Positions 9,545 to 17,690 of a stretch of DNA of 64,000 nt are shown here, piece after piece. The stretch spans positions 840,846 to 904,845 of the forward strand of contig CBDCRW010000007.1 in NCBI GenBank assembly GCA_965221125.1. The letters are read 5' to 3'. The position numbers were made by a program, and so were the translations under genes. Source of the stretch: Alphaproteobacteria bacterium. Lineage in GTDB: Bacteria > Pseudomonadota > Alphaproteobacteria > UBA828. Numbering within the stretch: position 1 is the first letter of the stretch; each line of letters opens with the position of its first letter. The notes under the pieces were generated by a model that was given only the letters and a program-made list of their open reading frames with translations, had not been told where the DNA came from and did no database searches.

Positions 9545-10414
9545 ATGATCTACGACCAGCCGCGATTCACGCCGGGCGGCGACCGCTTCATCGAGATGGA
9601 GCTGGGCGACGAGCTCAATTTCGACCTCAATTTCCTGGTCCACGCGCTCACCGCGCGCGTCCGCGAGGCCGCGTTCGACGGCATCATCGAGCTGCTGCCC
9701 AACATGGCCTCCATCGTCATCAGTTACGATCCCGACCGCATCGGCTATGAGGACGTGGTGCGCGAGATCGGCGGGCTTCACGCCTCCCTCGGCTCGCTGG
9801 AGGACGTGGAGCTGCCGAGCCCGCTCTACACCTTTCCCGTGCTCTACTTCGACCACGTCACCCGCGCCTGCTGGGAGGATTATTGCGCCCGCATCGGCGA
9901 GAAGGAATACGACCCCGACCTCATGGTGCGGCTCAACGGGCTGGAGGGCCGCGCCCAGCTCGCGCGCATCCATTCGGGCACGGAGTACTGGGTTGCGGCG
10001 CTCGGTTTCTACCCCGGCTTGGCCTCGCTGATCGCGCTGGACCCGCGCTGCCGCCTCACGGCGCCCAAGTACAACCCGCCCCGCACCTGGACGCCCAAGG
10101 GCACCCTCGGCTACGGCGGCTCCGTCACCTGCCTCTACCCGGCGCGCACGCCGGGCGGCTACCAGATCATCGGCCACTCGCCGGTGCCCGTGTTCGACCT
10201 GGAGCAGCGGCTGCGCGCCTTCCGCGACCGTCTCGCGCTGCTCCGGCCCGGCGACCGGGTGCGCTTCGTCCCCGTGGGCCGCGCGGAGTACGACCACGTC
10301 GAAGCGCAGGTGGAGAGCGGCGCCTACGAGCACCAGGTCGCGGCCTACACCAAGTTCTCGATCCGCGCCTACCACGCGTGGCTCGAAACCCTCGACATGA
10401 GCGTGCGGTTCTGA
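9545..10414 (+). CDS. pxpB: 5-oxoprolinase subunit B / allophanate hydrolase subunit 1-like, copy 1
   Basis: PGGDRFI, LGFYPG, PKYNPPRTWTP, TPGGYQIIG, LRPGDRVRF. Confidence 0.85.
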   Translation: MIYDQPRFTPGGDRFIEMELGDELNFDLNFLVHALTARVREAAFDGIIELLPNMASIVISYDPDRIGYEDVVREIGGLHASLGSLEDVELPSPLYTFPVLYFDHVTRACWEDYCARIGEKEYDPDLMVRLNGLEGRAQLARIHSGTEYWVAALGFYPGLASLIALDPRCRLTAPKYNPPRTWTPKGTLGYGGSVTCLYPARTPGGYQIIGHSPVPVFDLEQRLRAFRDRLALLRPGDRVRFVPVGRAEYDHVEAQVESGAYEHQVAAYTKFSIRAYHAWLETLDMSVRF

Positions 10415-10461
10415 AGCGTCTCAGGGCATGTGTCGCAAGCGCTCATGCCTGATACGCCGAA

Positions 10462-10519
10462 TCAGGATCGGGCGATCCAGTAGGCCAGTCTCCGATTCGG
10501 GAAGGAAGCAGACCGTCAC
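10462..10519 (-). pseudogene. Internally deleted ParE/RelE toxin remnant
   Basis: GTG overlapping the antitoxin stop gives VTVCFLPE, joined out of frame to NRRLAYWIARS-stop, resembling the RRPGYW..R C-terminus of this toxin family. Confidence 0.6.
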
Positions 10520-10740
10520 CGCAGCAGCGACCGCGCCTTTCTCTGCACTTCTTCCGCAGGAATCGCCTTCACCTCTCCACGGTCGAGTTCGCGAGCGCGC
10601 CGGGCCGCTTCCGAAAGCCAGCTTCGCTCAAGCTCGGCGTCCGACGGCTCGTCGAGGCTCAACAGCAGCTTCTCGGCGAGCGCTGCCCTCTCGTCGGGCG
10701 GCAGGCTCAGGGCCGCTTCCTGCAGCATCTTGGAGTCCAT
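10516..10740 (-). CDS. Addiction module antitoxin (TIGR02574-like)
   Basis: ALSLPPDERAALAEKLLLSLD..W..EAARR..L..GEVKAIP; GGAGGAG RBS. Confidence 0.88.
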   Translation of the reverse strand: MDSKMLQEAALSLPPDERAALAEKLLLSLDEPSDAELERSWLSEAARRARELDRGEVKAIPAEEVQRKARSLLR

Positions 10741-10976
10741 CGTTCGCTCTCCTCCGGCCCGCGCCCACGCGATTCCGCTCTTGGGGAACATCATAGATGG
10801 CGCAGTCCGAAGATGGCCACGCCATATCGCCCGCACGCTCGAAGGCTCGGGCTTGTCCCGGACATTGGCTGGCCGCAGGATGACCATACTCAGACGCCGG
10901 AGTCCCGCCATGAACCTTGGTCACGATCCGTCGGAACTCGTCCGGCTGCGATGAAAGCGAGGAACGGACGATCGCC

Positions 10977-11954
10977 ATGATCGAAGTGCTCAAGCCTGGG
11001 CTCGAGACCGGCGTGCAGGATTTTCCCGGCCGCTACGGCTTCTGGGAGCAGGGCTTTCCGCCGTCCGGCCCCTTCGACATGTGGTCCTTCCGCCTGGCCA
11101 ACCTCTTGGTCGGCAACACGGCAGAGGCGGCGGGGCTGGAAATCCAGTTCCTCGGGCCCACGCTCCGCTTCGAGAGTGCGGCGGTGATCGCGCTCACCGG
11201 CGCCACCATGGCCCCAAAGCTCGACGGCGCGCCCATGCCCCAGTGGGAGAGCGTCGCCGTCCCCGCCGGCGCAGTGCTGGAGACCGGCTTCGCAAGCGTG
11301 GGTGCGCGCGCCTACCTCGCCGTCGCCGGCGGCATCGAGACGGCGCCGGTGCTGGGCTCACGCGCGACCTTCCACATGGCCGGCGTCGGCGGCATGGAGG
11401 GCCACGCGCTCAAGGATGGCCAGCGCCTGCCCGTGAGCGGCGGAGACGGCACGCCCGGCCGCCGCGCGCGCCTGGACTGCCGCCCACCCATCCCCTCCGA
11501 GAACCGCTGGCAGATCGAGGTCGTCGCCGGCCCCAACGATGACTGGATCGACGAGCAGGGCCAGCGCATGTTCCTGGGGAGCGACTGGACCCTGCAAGCC
11601 CGCAGCAACCGCACCGGCTACCGCCTCTCCGGCCCGGAATGGACCTTCGCCGCGCGCGCGACCGACAAGGGGCCGGAGCACGGCGAGCATCCCTCCAACA
11701 TCCTCGACCACGGCTACCCCGTCGGCTCCGTGAACCTGTGCGGCCAGACGCCGATCATCCTGGTCAACGACGGCCCGTCCGCCGGTGGCTTCATCAACCC
11801 GTACACGGTGCCCTCGGCGGCGTTCTGGAAGCTCGCCCAGTCGAAGCCCAACGACATCTACCGCTTCCATCTCGTTTCCGTGTCGGAGGCGCAGGCCGCG
11901 CGCCGCGCGATCGACGCGCTCTGCACCGAATCCAGCCTGGAAGCCGCGCCGTGA
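10977..11954 (+). CDS. pxpC: 5-oxoprolinase subunit C / allophanate hydrolase subunit 2-like, copy 1
   Basis: MIEVLKPG..QD.PGR, ANLLVGN, GARAYLAVAGG, LGSRAT, SNRTGYRL. Confidence 0.87.
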   Translation: MIEVLKPGLETGVQDFPGRYGFWEQGFPPSGPFDMWSFRLANLLVGNTAEAAGLEIQFLGPTLRFESAAVIALTGATMAPKLDGAPMPQWESVAVPAGAVLETGFASVGARAYLAVAGGIETAPVLGSRATFHMAGVGGMEGHALKDGQRLPVSGGDGTPGRRARLDCRPPIPSENRWQIEVVAGPNDDWIDEQGQRMFLGSDWTLQARSNRTGYRLSGPEWTFAARATDKGPEHGEHPSNILDHGYPVGSVNLCGQTPIILVNDGPSAGGFINPYTVPSAAFWKLAQSKPNDIYRFHLVSVSEAQAARRAIDALCTESSLEAAP

Positions 11955-12820
11955 TCTACGACGAGCCGCGCTTCCTGCCGGGCGGCGATACCTTCGTGCT
12001 GGTGCAGTTCGGCGACGACGCGCGGATCGACCTCAACTTCATGGCGCTCGGCCTCACCGCCGCGCTGCGCGAGGACCGCACGAAGGGCGTGATCGACACC
12101 AACCCCTCCTACAACTCGGTGGTGGTCGAGTACGACCCGGACCTGATCGGCCTGGACGACCTGGAGCGGGAGCTGCAACGCCTGATCGAGGGGCTGGGCT
12201 CGGTCGAGGACCTGGAACTTGAAAGCAGGCTCGCGTACCTGCCCGTGATGTACAACGACCCCTGGACCAGGGCCTGCGTGGAAGACTACGCCCAGCGCAT
12301 CGCGCCCCGCGATGGAGACCCGGAATTCGTCGCCCGCATCAACGGGTTGGAGGACAAAGCTCAGCTTGCACGTGTGCATTCGGGGACCGAGCACTGGGTC
12401 GTCGCCGTCTGCTCCACGCCGGGTCTGCCGCTGATGGTGGCGCTGGACCCCCGCTGTGCCATCACCTCGCCCAAGTACAACCCGCCCCGCACCTGGACCA
12501 CGCTGGGCGCCATCGGCGTCGGCGGCCTCTCCACCTCGATCTACACGACGCCGGGGCCCGGCGGCTACAACCTGATCGGGCGCACGCCCGTGCCGCTCTG
12601 GGACACGCAGGCGAGCCTCCCCGCCTATCGCGACCGCGTGGTGCTGCTGGACGCCGCCGACCGCGTCAAGTTCGTGCCGGTCGAGCAAGAAGAGTTCGAG
12701 TACATCGAGCGCAGGGTGGCCGAGGGCACCTACGCCTTCAACGTGACCGGCTACCAGCGCTTCTCGGTCCGCCAATACAAGGCGTGGGCGGCCTCCCTCG
12801 ATACGAGCGAGCGGTTCTGA
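11951..12820 (+). CDS. pxpB: 5-oxoprolinase subunit B-like, copy 2
   Basis: Paralog of 9545-10414; GTG start overlaps the upstream stop. Confidence 0.85.
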   Translation: MIYDEPRFLPGGDTFVLVQFGDDARIDLNFMALGLTAALREDRTKGVIDTNPSYNSVVVEYDPDLIGLDDLERELQRLIEGLGSVEDLELESRLAYLPVMYNDPWTRACVEDYAQRIAPRDGDPEFVARINGLEDKAQLARVHSGTEHWVVAVCSTPGLPLMVALDPRCAITSPKYNPPRTWTTLGAIGVGGLSTSIYTTPGPGGYNLIGRTPVPLWDTQASLPAYRDRVVLLDAADRVKFVPVEQEEFEYIERRVAEGTYAFNVTGYQRFSVRQYKAWAASLDTSERF

Positions 12821-12870
12821 GTCGCGCGGAACGCGCGCGGGAGCAGTCGCGCGGAACGCGCGCGGGAGCA
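12821..12870. repeat. Perfect 25-bp tandem duplication
   Basis: gtcgcgcggaacgcgcgcgggagca occurs twice in tandem. Confidence 0.9.
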
Positions 12871-12876
12871 CATCTT

Positions 12877-13857
12877 ATGGCGGTCACGGTCATCAAAGGC
12901 GGGCTCGAGACCACGGTGCAGGATTATCCCGGCCGCAAGGGCGCCTTCGGCATGGGCTTCCCGCCGTCCGGCCCCATCGACCACTGGTCGTTCCGCCTCG
13001 CCAACGTCCTGGCCGGCAACGCGCCGGGCACGGCGGCGCTGGAATGCGCCTTCATCGGGCCGGTGCTGCGCTTCGAGCGGGATACGGTGATCGCGCTCAC
13101 CGGCGCCGACATGCGGGCCACCCTCGACGGCGAGCCCGTGGCGCTCTGGGAAAGCGTCGGGGTCCGCGCCGGGCAGACGCTCGCGCTGGGCTCCGCCATC
13201 ACAGGTGCGCGGACCTACATCGCCTTTGCCGGCGGCATCGACGTGGCGCCGTTCCTCGGCTCGCGCGCGACCTTCGTCATCGGCGCCTGCGGCGGCCTGG
13301 ACGGCGCGGCGCTGAAGGCGGGGCAGGCCATACCGCTCGGCTCCCCAGACGCCGCCACGGGCCGCAGATTGAAGGAGGGTGCCCGCCCGCCTTACTCCAC
13401 CGACGGAACGTGGGAAATCGAGGTCGTCGCCGGCCCCAACGACGACTGGATCGACGCGGCCGGCCAGCGGCGCTTCCTGGAGACGGACTGGAAACTCTCG
13501 CCCAAGAGCAACCGTGTCGGCTTCCGCCTGGACGGGCCGGACTGGACCTTCACCGAGAAGGCGACCAACAAGGCGCCGGAGAACGGCGAGCATCCCTCCA
13601 ACGTGATCGACCATGGCTATCCCATCGGCGCCATCAACCTCTGCGGCCAGACCCCCATCATCCTGATGGTGGACACACTGACGCTCGGCGGCTTCATCAA
13701 CCCCTATACGGTACCCACCTGCGCCTGGTGGAAGCTCGGCCAGTCCCGGCCCAACGAGACCTACCGCTTCCGCCGGGTTTCGGTCGCCGAGGCCCAGGCC
13801 GAGCGCCGGCGCATCGCCGCTCTCTGCACGGAAGAATCGGTCGTTTCGGGCGGATAA
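12877..13857 (+). CDS. pxpC: 5-oxoprolinase subunit C-like, copy 2
   Basis: Paralog of 10977-11954 (WEIEVVAGPNDDWID, EHPSNVIDHGYP). Confidence 0.87.
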   Translation: MAVTVIKGGLETTVQDYPGRKGAFGMGFPPSGPIDHWSFRLANVLAGNAPGTAALECAFIGPVLRFERDTVIALTGADMRATLDGEPVALWESVGVRAGQTLALGSAITGARTYIAFAGGIDVAPFLGSRATFVIGACGGLDGAALKAGQAIPLGSPDAATGRRLKEGARPPYSTDGTWEIEVVAGPNDDWIDAAGQRRFLETDWKLSPKSNRVGFRLDGPDWTFTEKATNKAPENGEHPSNVIDHGYPIGAINLCGQTPIILMVDTLTLGGFINPYTVPTCAWWKLGQSRPNETYRFRRVSVAEAQAERRRIAALCTEESVVSGG

Positions 13858-13859
13858 CC

Positions 13860-15023
13860 ATGAGAATCGTCGAAATCCGCGACATCGCCGTGCCCATGGG
13901 CGCGCCGATGCGCAACGCCGTCATCGACTTCAGCAAGATGACCGTGAGCGCGGTGGCCGTCGTGACCGACGTGGTGCGCGGCGGCGCGCCCGTCGTGGGC
14001 TTTGGCTTCAACGCCAACGGCCGCTACGCCCAGAGCGCGGTGATCCGCGAGCGGCTCGCGCCCCGCGTGCTCGAAGCGCCGGAGAGCCACGCGAGCGCCG
14101 ACGGCACCACGCTCGACCCCCGCGCCATCCGCCGCCTGATGATGCGGAACGAGAAGCCCGGCGGCCACGGCGAGCGCGCGGTGGCGATGGCGGCACTGGA
14201 CATCGCCGCCTGGGACGTTACCGCCAAGCTCCGCGACATGCCGCTCTGGGCGCTGATCGCCGAGGATGCCGGCAACGGGGCGCCGGAGCGAAACATCCCG
14301 GTCTATGCCGCCGGCGGCTACTACGACCCCGACAAGGGCACGGACGGCCTCGTCACCGAGATGCAGGGCTACCTCGACGCCGGCTACACGCAGGTCAAGA
14401 TGAAGATCGGCGGCGCCTCCCTCGACGAGGATTTGGCGAGGATCGAGGCGGTGCTGGCCTTGCTCGGCGGCGACGGCGCACGCCTCGCGGTGGACGCCAA
14501 CGGCCGCTTCGATGAGGAGACCGCGCTCCAATACGGCGTGGCGATGAGCGCTTACGGTCTCGCCTGGTACGAGGAGCCGGGCGATCCCCTGGATTTCTCC
14601 CTCAACGCGGCGGTGGCGGCGGCCTATCCCGCGCCGATCGCAACGGGCGAGAACCTGCTCTCGCTGCAGGACGCCCGCAACCTGCTGCGCTTCGGCGGCA
14701 TGCGGCCCGGCCTGGACTTCGTGCAATTCGACCCCGCCCTGGCCTACGGCGTCGGCGAGACCATCGATATCGTCGCCATGATGGCGGAGGAAGGCTGGTC
14801 TCCGCGCCGCTTCCTGCCCCACGGCGGCAATTTGCTGGCGCTCGCCACCGCCGGCGGCCTCTCTCTCGGCGGCTGCGAATCCTATCCGGGCGTCTTTCAG
14901 CCCTTTGGCGGCTTCGCCGACGACACCCCGGTGGAGGACGGGCGGGTCCGCCTGGGCGATGCGCCGGGTGCGGGCTTCGAGCGCAAGGCGGCGCTCCACG
15001 CGCTGCTGCGCACCCTGCTGTAG
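13860..15023 (+). CDS. Enolase superfamily enzyme, D-tartrate dehydratase-like subgroup
   Basis: NAVIDFSKMTVS, GFGFNANGRY, NEKPGGHGER, KMKIGG, AVDANG, WYEEP, TGEN, PHGG. Confidence 0.85.
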   Translation: MRIVEIRDIAVPMGAPMRNAVIDFSKMTVSAVAVVTDVVRGGAPVVGFGFNANGRYAQSAVIRERLAPRVLEAPESHASADGTTLDPRAIRRLMMRNEKPGGHGERAVAMAALDIAAWDVTAKLRDMPLWALIAEDAGNGAPERNIPVYAAGGYYDPDKGTDGLVTEMQGYLDAGYTQVKMKIGGASLDEDLARIEAVLALLGGDGARLAVDANGRFDEETALQYGVAMSAYGLAWYEEPGDPLDFSLNAAVAAAYPAPIATGENLLSLQDARNLLRFGGMRPGLDFVQFDPALAYGVGETIDIVAMMAEEGWSPRRFLPHGGNLLALATAGGLSLGGCESYPGVFQPFGGFADDTPVEDGRVRLGDAPGAGFERKAALHALLRTLL

Positions 15024-15113
15024 GCGGTGCTTGTCCGGGCAGGCGCCCGGCGGGTAGAACCGTCGCTGCCGCCTGCCGGGCGCGCGGCGCACACCATTGG
15101 GAGGCCACGGGCC

Positions 15114-16040
15114 ATGAGCAAAGTCATCATCACCTGCGCGGTCACGGGGTCCATTCACACCCCCACCATGTCGCCGCACCTGCCGATCACGCCGGACGAG
15201 ATCGCGGCCGACGGCGTGGCGGCGGCCGAGGCCGGCGCCTCCATCCTCCACCTGCATGCGCGCGATCCCGAGGACGGCCGTCCGACGCCCGACCCCGACG
15301 TGTTCATGGCCTTCCTGCCGCGCATCAAGCAGCAGTCGGACGCGGTCGTGAACATCACCACCGGCGGCGGGCTCGGCATGACGCTGGACGAGCGCCTGGC
15401 CGCGCCCCGCCGCGCGAGCCCGGAGATGACCTCGCTCAACATGGGCTCCATGAACTTCGGCATCTACCCGATGCTGAACCGCTACAAGGAGTTCAAGCAC
15501 GACTGGGAACGGCCCCACCTGGAGGGCACGAAGGACTTCATATTCCGTAATACCTTCAAGGATATCGAATACATCATGAAGGATTTGGGTGAAGGCCACG
15601 GCGTGCGCTTCGAGTTCGAGTGCTACGACGTGGGCCACCTCTACAACCTCGCCCATTTCGTCGACCGCGGGCTGGTCGAGCCGCCGCTCTTCGTGCAGAC
15701 CATCTTCGGCATCCTGGGCGGCATCGGCGCCGACCACGAGAACCTGATGCACATGCGCCGCATCGCCAACAAGCTCTTCGGCGACGACTACCGCTGGTCG
15801 ATCCTGGCCGCCGGCCGCCACCAGATGAGCTTCGTCACCATGGGCGCGATGATGGGCGGCAACATCCGCGTCGGGCTGGAGGACAGCCTCTTCCTCGGCA
15901 AGGGCGAGCTGGCGCCCTCCAACGCGGCCCAGGTCGCCAAGGCCCGGCGGATTGTCGAGGAACTTTCCCTCGAGGTCGCCACACCCGCCGAGGCGCGCGA
16001 GATGCTTGGCCTCAAGGGCGGCGATCAGGTCAACTTCTGA
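15114..16040 (+). CDS. Beta-keto acid cleavage enzyme (BKACE/DUF849)
   Basis: KVIITCAVTG, HLHAR, SLNMGSMNFG, RVGLED. Confidence 0.93.
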   Translation: MSKVIITCAVTGSIHTPTMSPHLPITPDEIAADGVAAAEAGASILHLHARDPEDGRPTPDPDVFMAFLPRIKQQSDAVVNITTGGGLGMTLDERLAAPRRASPEMTSLNMGSMNFGIYPMLNRYKEFKHDWERPHLEGTKDFIFRNTFKDIEYIMKDLGEGHGVRFEFECYDVGHLYNLAHFVDRGLVEPPLFVQTIFGILGGIGADHENLMHMRRIANKLFGDDYRWSILAAGRHQMSFVTMGAMMGGNIRVGLEDSLFLGKGELAPSNAAQVAKARRIVEELSLEVATPAEAREMLGLKGGDQVNF

Positions 16041-16083
16041 CCCGCGCCCGGCGCGCTCGACTGGACAGGTGCCGAGGGAACCC

Positions 16084-16938
16084 ATGAGCCCGGCGGACGC
16101 AGGACACGCCAGTACGGACGACGCCGCTGCCGAGACGTTTCGGCGCGACGGCGTCGTCCACCTCGCGGGCGCCTTTGCCGACTGGCTCGACACCCTCCGC
16201 GCCGGAGTCGAGCGCAACATGCGCTCACCCGGTATCTACACGAGGGAATACGAGCCGGAGGGCTCGAAGGGCTACTTCTTCGGCGACTACTGCAACTGGG
16301 CGCGCATCCCGGAATACCGGGACTTCGTGCTCCACTCCGGGGCGGCGGCGCTGGCGGCCCGGCTCATGCGCTCGGACACGGCGCGCTTCTTCCACGAGCA
16401 CGTGCTGGTCAAGGAGCCGCAGACCGAATCACGCACGCCCTGGCACCACGACCTGCCCTACTACTGCATCGACGGAACCCAGGCGGTGAGCTTCTGGACG
16501 GCGCTCGACCCCGTCCCGCGCGCGGTCTGCCTGGAGCTCGTGGCGGGCTCTCACCGCTGGGGAAAATCGTTCATGCCCAGGAAGTTCGCGGGCGTCGACT
16601 ACCGGCGCGAGGGCGAGGCGCTGGACACCATGCCGGACATCGATGCGCGCCGCGACGAGTACGAGATCGTCTCGTTCGACGTGGCGCCGGGCGACGCCAT
16701 CGCCTTCCACTTCCTGACCGTCCACGGCGCGCCCGGCAACGCGTCGGCGTCCGCGCGCCGCCGCGCCTTCGTCCACCGCTGGGTCGGCGACGACGTGCGC
16801 TTCAAGGTGCGCCCCGGCGAGGTCTCGCCACCCTTCCCCGAGGTGCACGAGCGGCTAGAGGACGGCGATCTCCTGGACGATCCCGAGTTCCCGCTCGTCT
16901 GGCCCACTCCGGCCCAAAGCGAACCCTCAAGCACTTGA
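16084..16938 (+). CDS. Phytanoyl-CoA dioxygenase (PhyH) family protein
   Basis: TPWHHD, GSHRW, HGAPGN..RRAF. Confidence 0.9.
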   Translation: MSPADAGHASTDDAAAETFRRDGVVHLAGAFADWLDTLRAGVERNMRSPGIYTREYEPEGSKGYFFGDYCNWARIPEYRDFVLHSGAAALAARLMRSDTARFFHEHVLVKEPQTESRTPWHHDLPYYCIDGTQAVSFWTALDPVPRAVCLELVAGSHRWGKSFMPRKFAGVDYRREGEALDTMPDIDARRDEYEIVSFDVAPGDAIAFHFLTVHGAPGNASASARRRAFVHRWVGDDVRFKVRPGEVSPPFPEVHERLEDGDLLDDPEFPLVWPTPAQSEPSST

Positions 16939-16941
16939 GGG

Positions 16942-17042
16942 CCGGGTCGCGAAGCGGCCCGGACGGCGCGACCGCGCCGCGCGCCGAAGGCGCGTAGCCA
17001 AGCGAGCGGAGCGAGCGCCCGGCGACTGAGGGATAAGAAAAA
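16942..17042. repeat. Intergenic modular hairpin repeat, copy 3 (shortest form)
   Basis: Conserved blocks; lies between convergent genes; preceded by the hairpin CCCTCAAG-CA-CTTGAGGG. Confidence 0.85.
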
Positions 17043-17061
17043 AGGCGCCTTTCAAACTCCC

Positions 17062-17553
17062 CTAAAACTTCTCGGCGCGGAAGCTCCGGTGGCAGCCGCC
17101 GCAGCCGGCGCCCACCGCGCCGAACGCGCCCTGCAGGCTCGCGAGGTCGGTTCCCGCCGCCTCCAGCATCGCCTGCAGCGCCGTGGTCAGCGCGTCGGAC
17201 TTCTCGACGATCGCCGGGAAGGTGGTCCAGATCTCGGGCAGGGCCCGGGTCTTGCCCGCAAGAGCAGGGTTGTCGTTGCCGGAACCTGGCGGCCACATCG
17301 CGCCCACGTCCATGGTGTTGAGCGCCAGCATGCTGTTGACCACCCCGGTCGCCTGCGCCGCGTCGTAGGGCACCTGCCCCTTCGCGATCGCCGCGAGCTG
17401 GCTCATGAAGAAGCCGTTGAGCTGCATGTGGGCCTGGCGGGCCTTGACTGCGGCCGAGTGGTCCTCCAGCGCGCTCGCCTCGTTCATGCCGGTGAACACG
17501 GCCAGCGCCATCGCCAGCGCTGCTGCGCCCGCTATCCATGCGCGTCTCGTCAT
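17062..17553 (-). CDS. Cytochrome c' (class II cytochrome c)
   Basis: Signal peptide, ARQAHM, TRALPEIW, C-terminal CGGCH haem motif. Confidence 0.92.
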   Translation of the reverse strand: MTRRAWIAGAAALAMALAVFTGMNEASALEDHSAAVKARQAHMQLNGFFMSQLAAIAKGQVPYDAAQATGVVNSMLALNTMDVGAMWPPGSGNDNPALAGKTRALPEIWTTFPAIVEKSDALTTALQAMLEAAGTDLASLQGAFGAVGAGCGGCHRSFRAEKF

Positions 17554-17690
17554 CGCTTGCCCCCCTTGCCCGTGCATTGCAGGCCTGATTCCCTGCCGGA
17601 ATGCTACCCCTCCCCGCGCCCCGCCGCCATCGCCAATTGCGCCTGCGGCTCGCCTGCCGGCCCGCGGCAGCCCCGGAGAGAATTCCAGAT

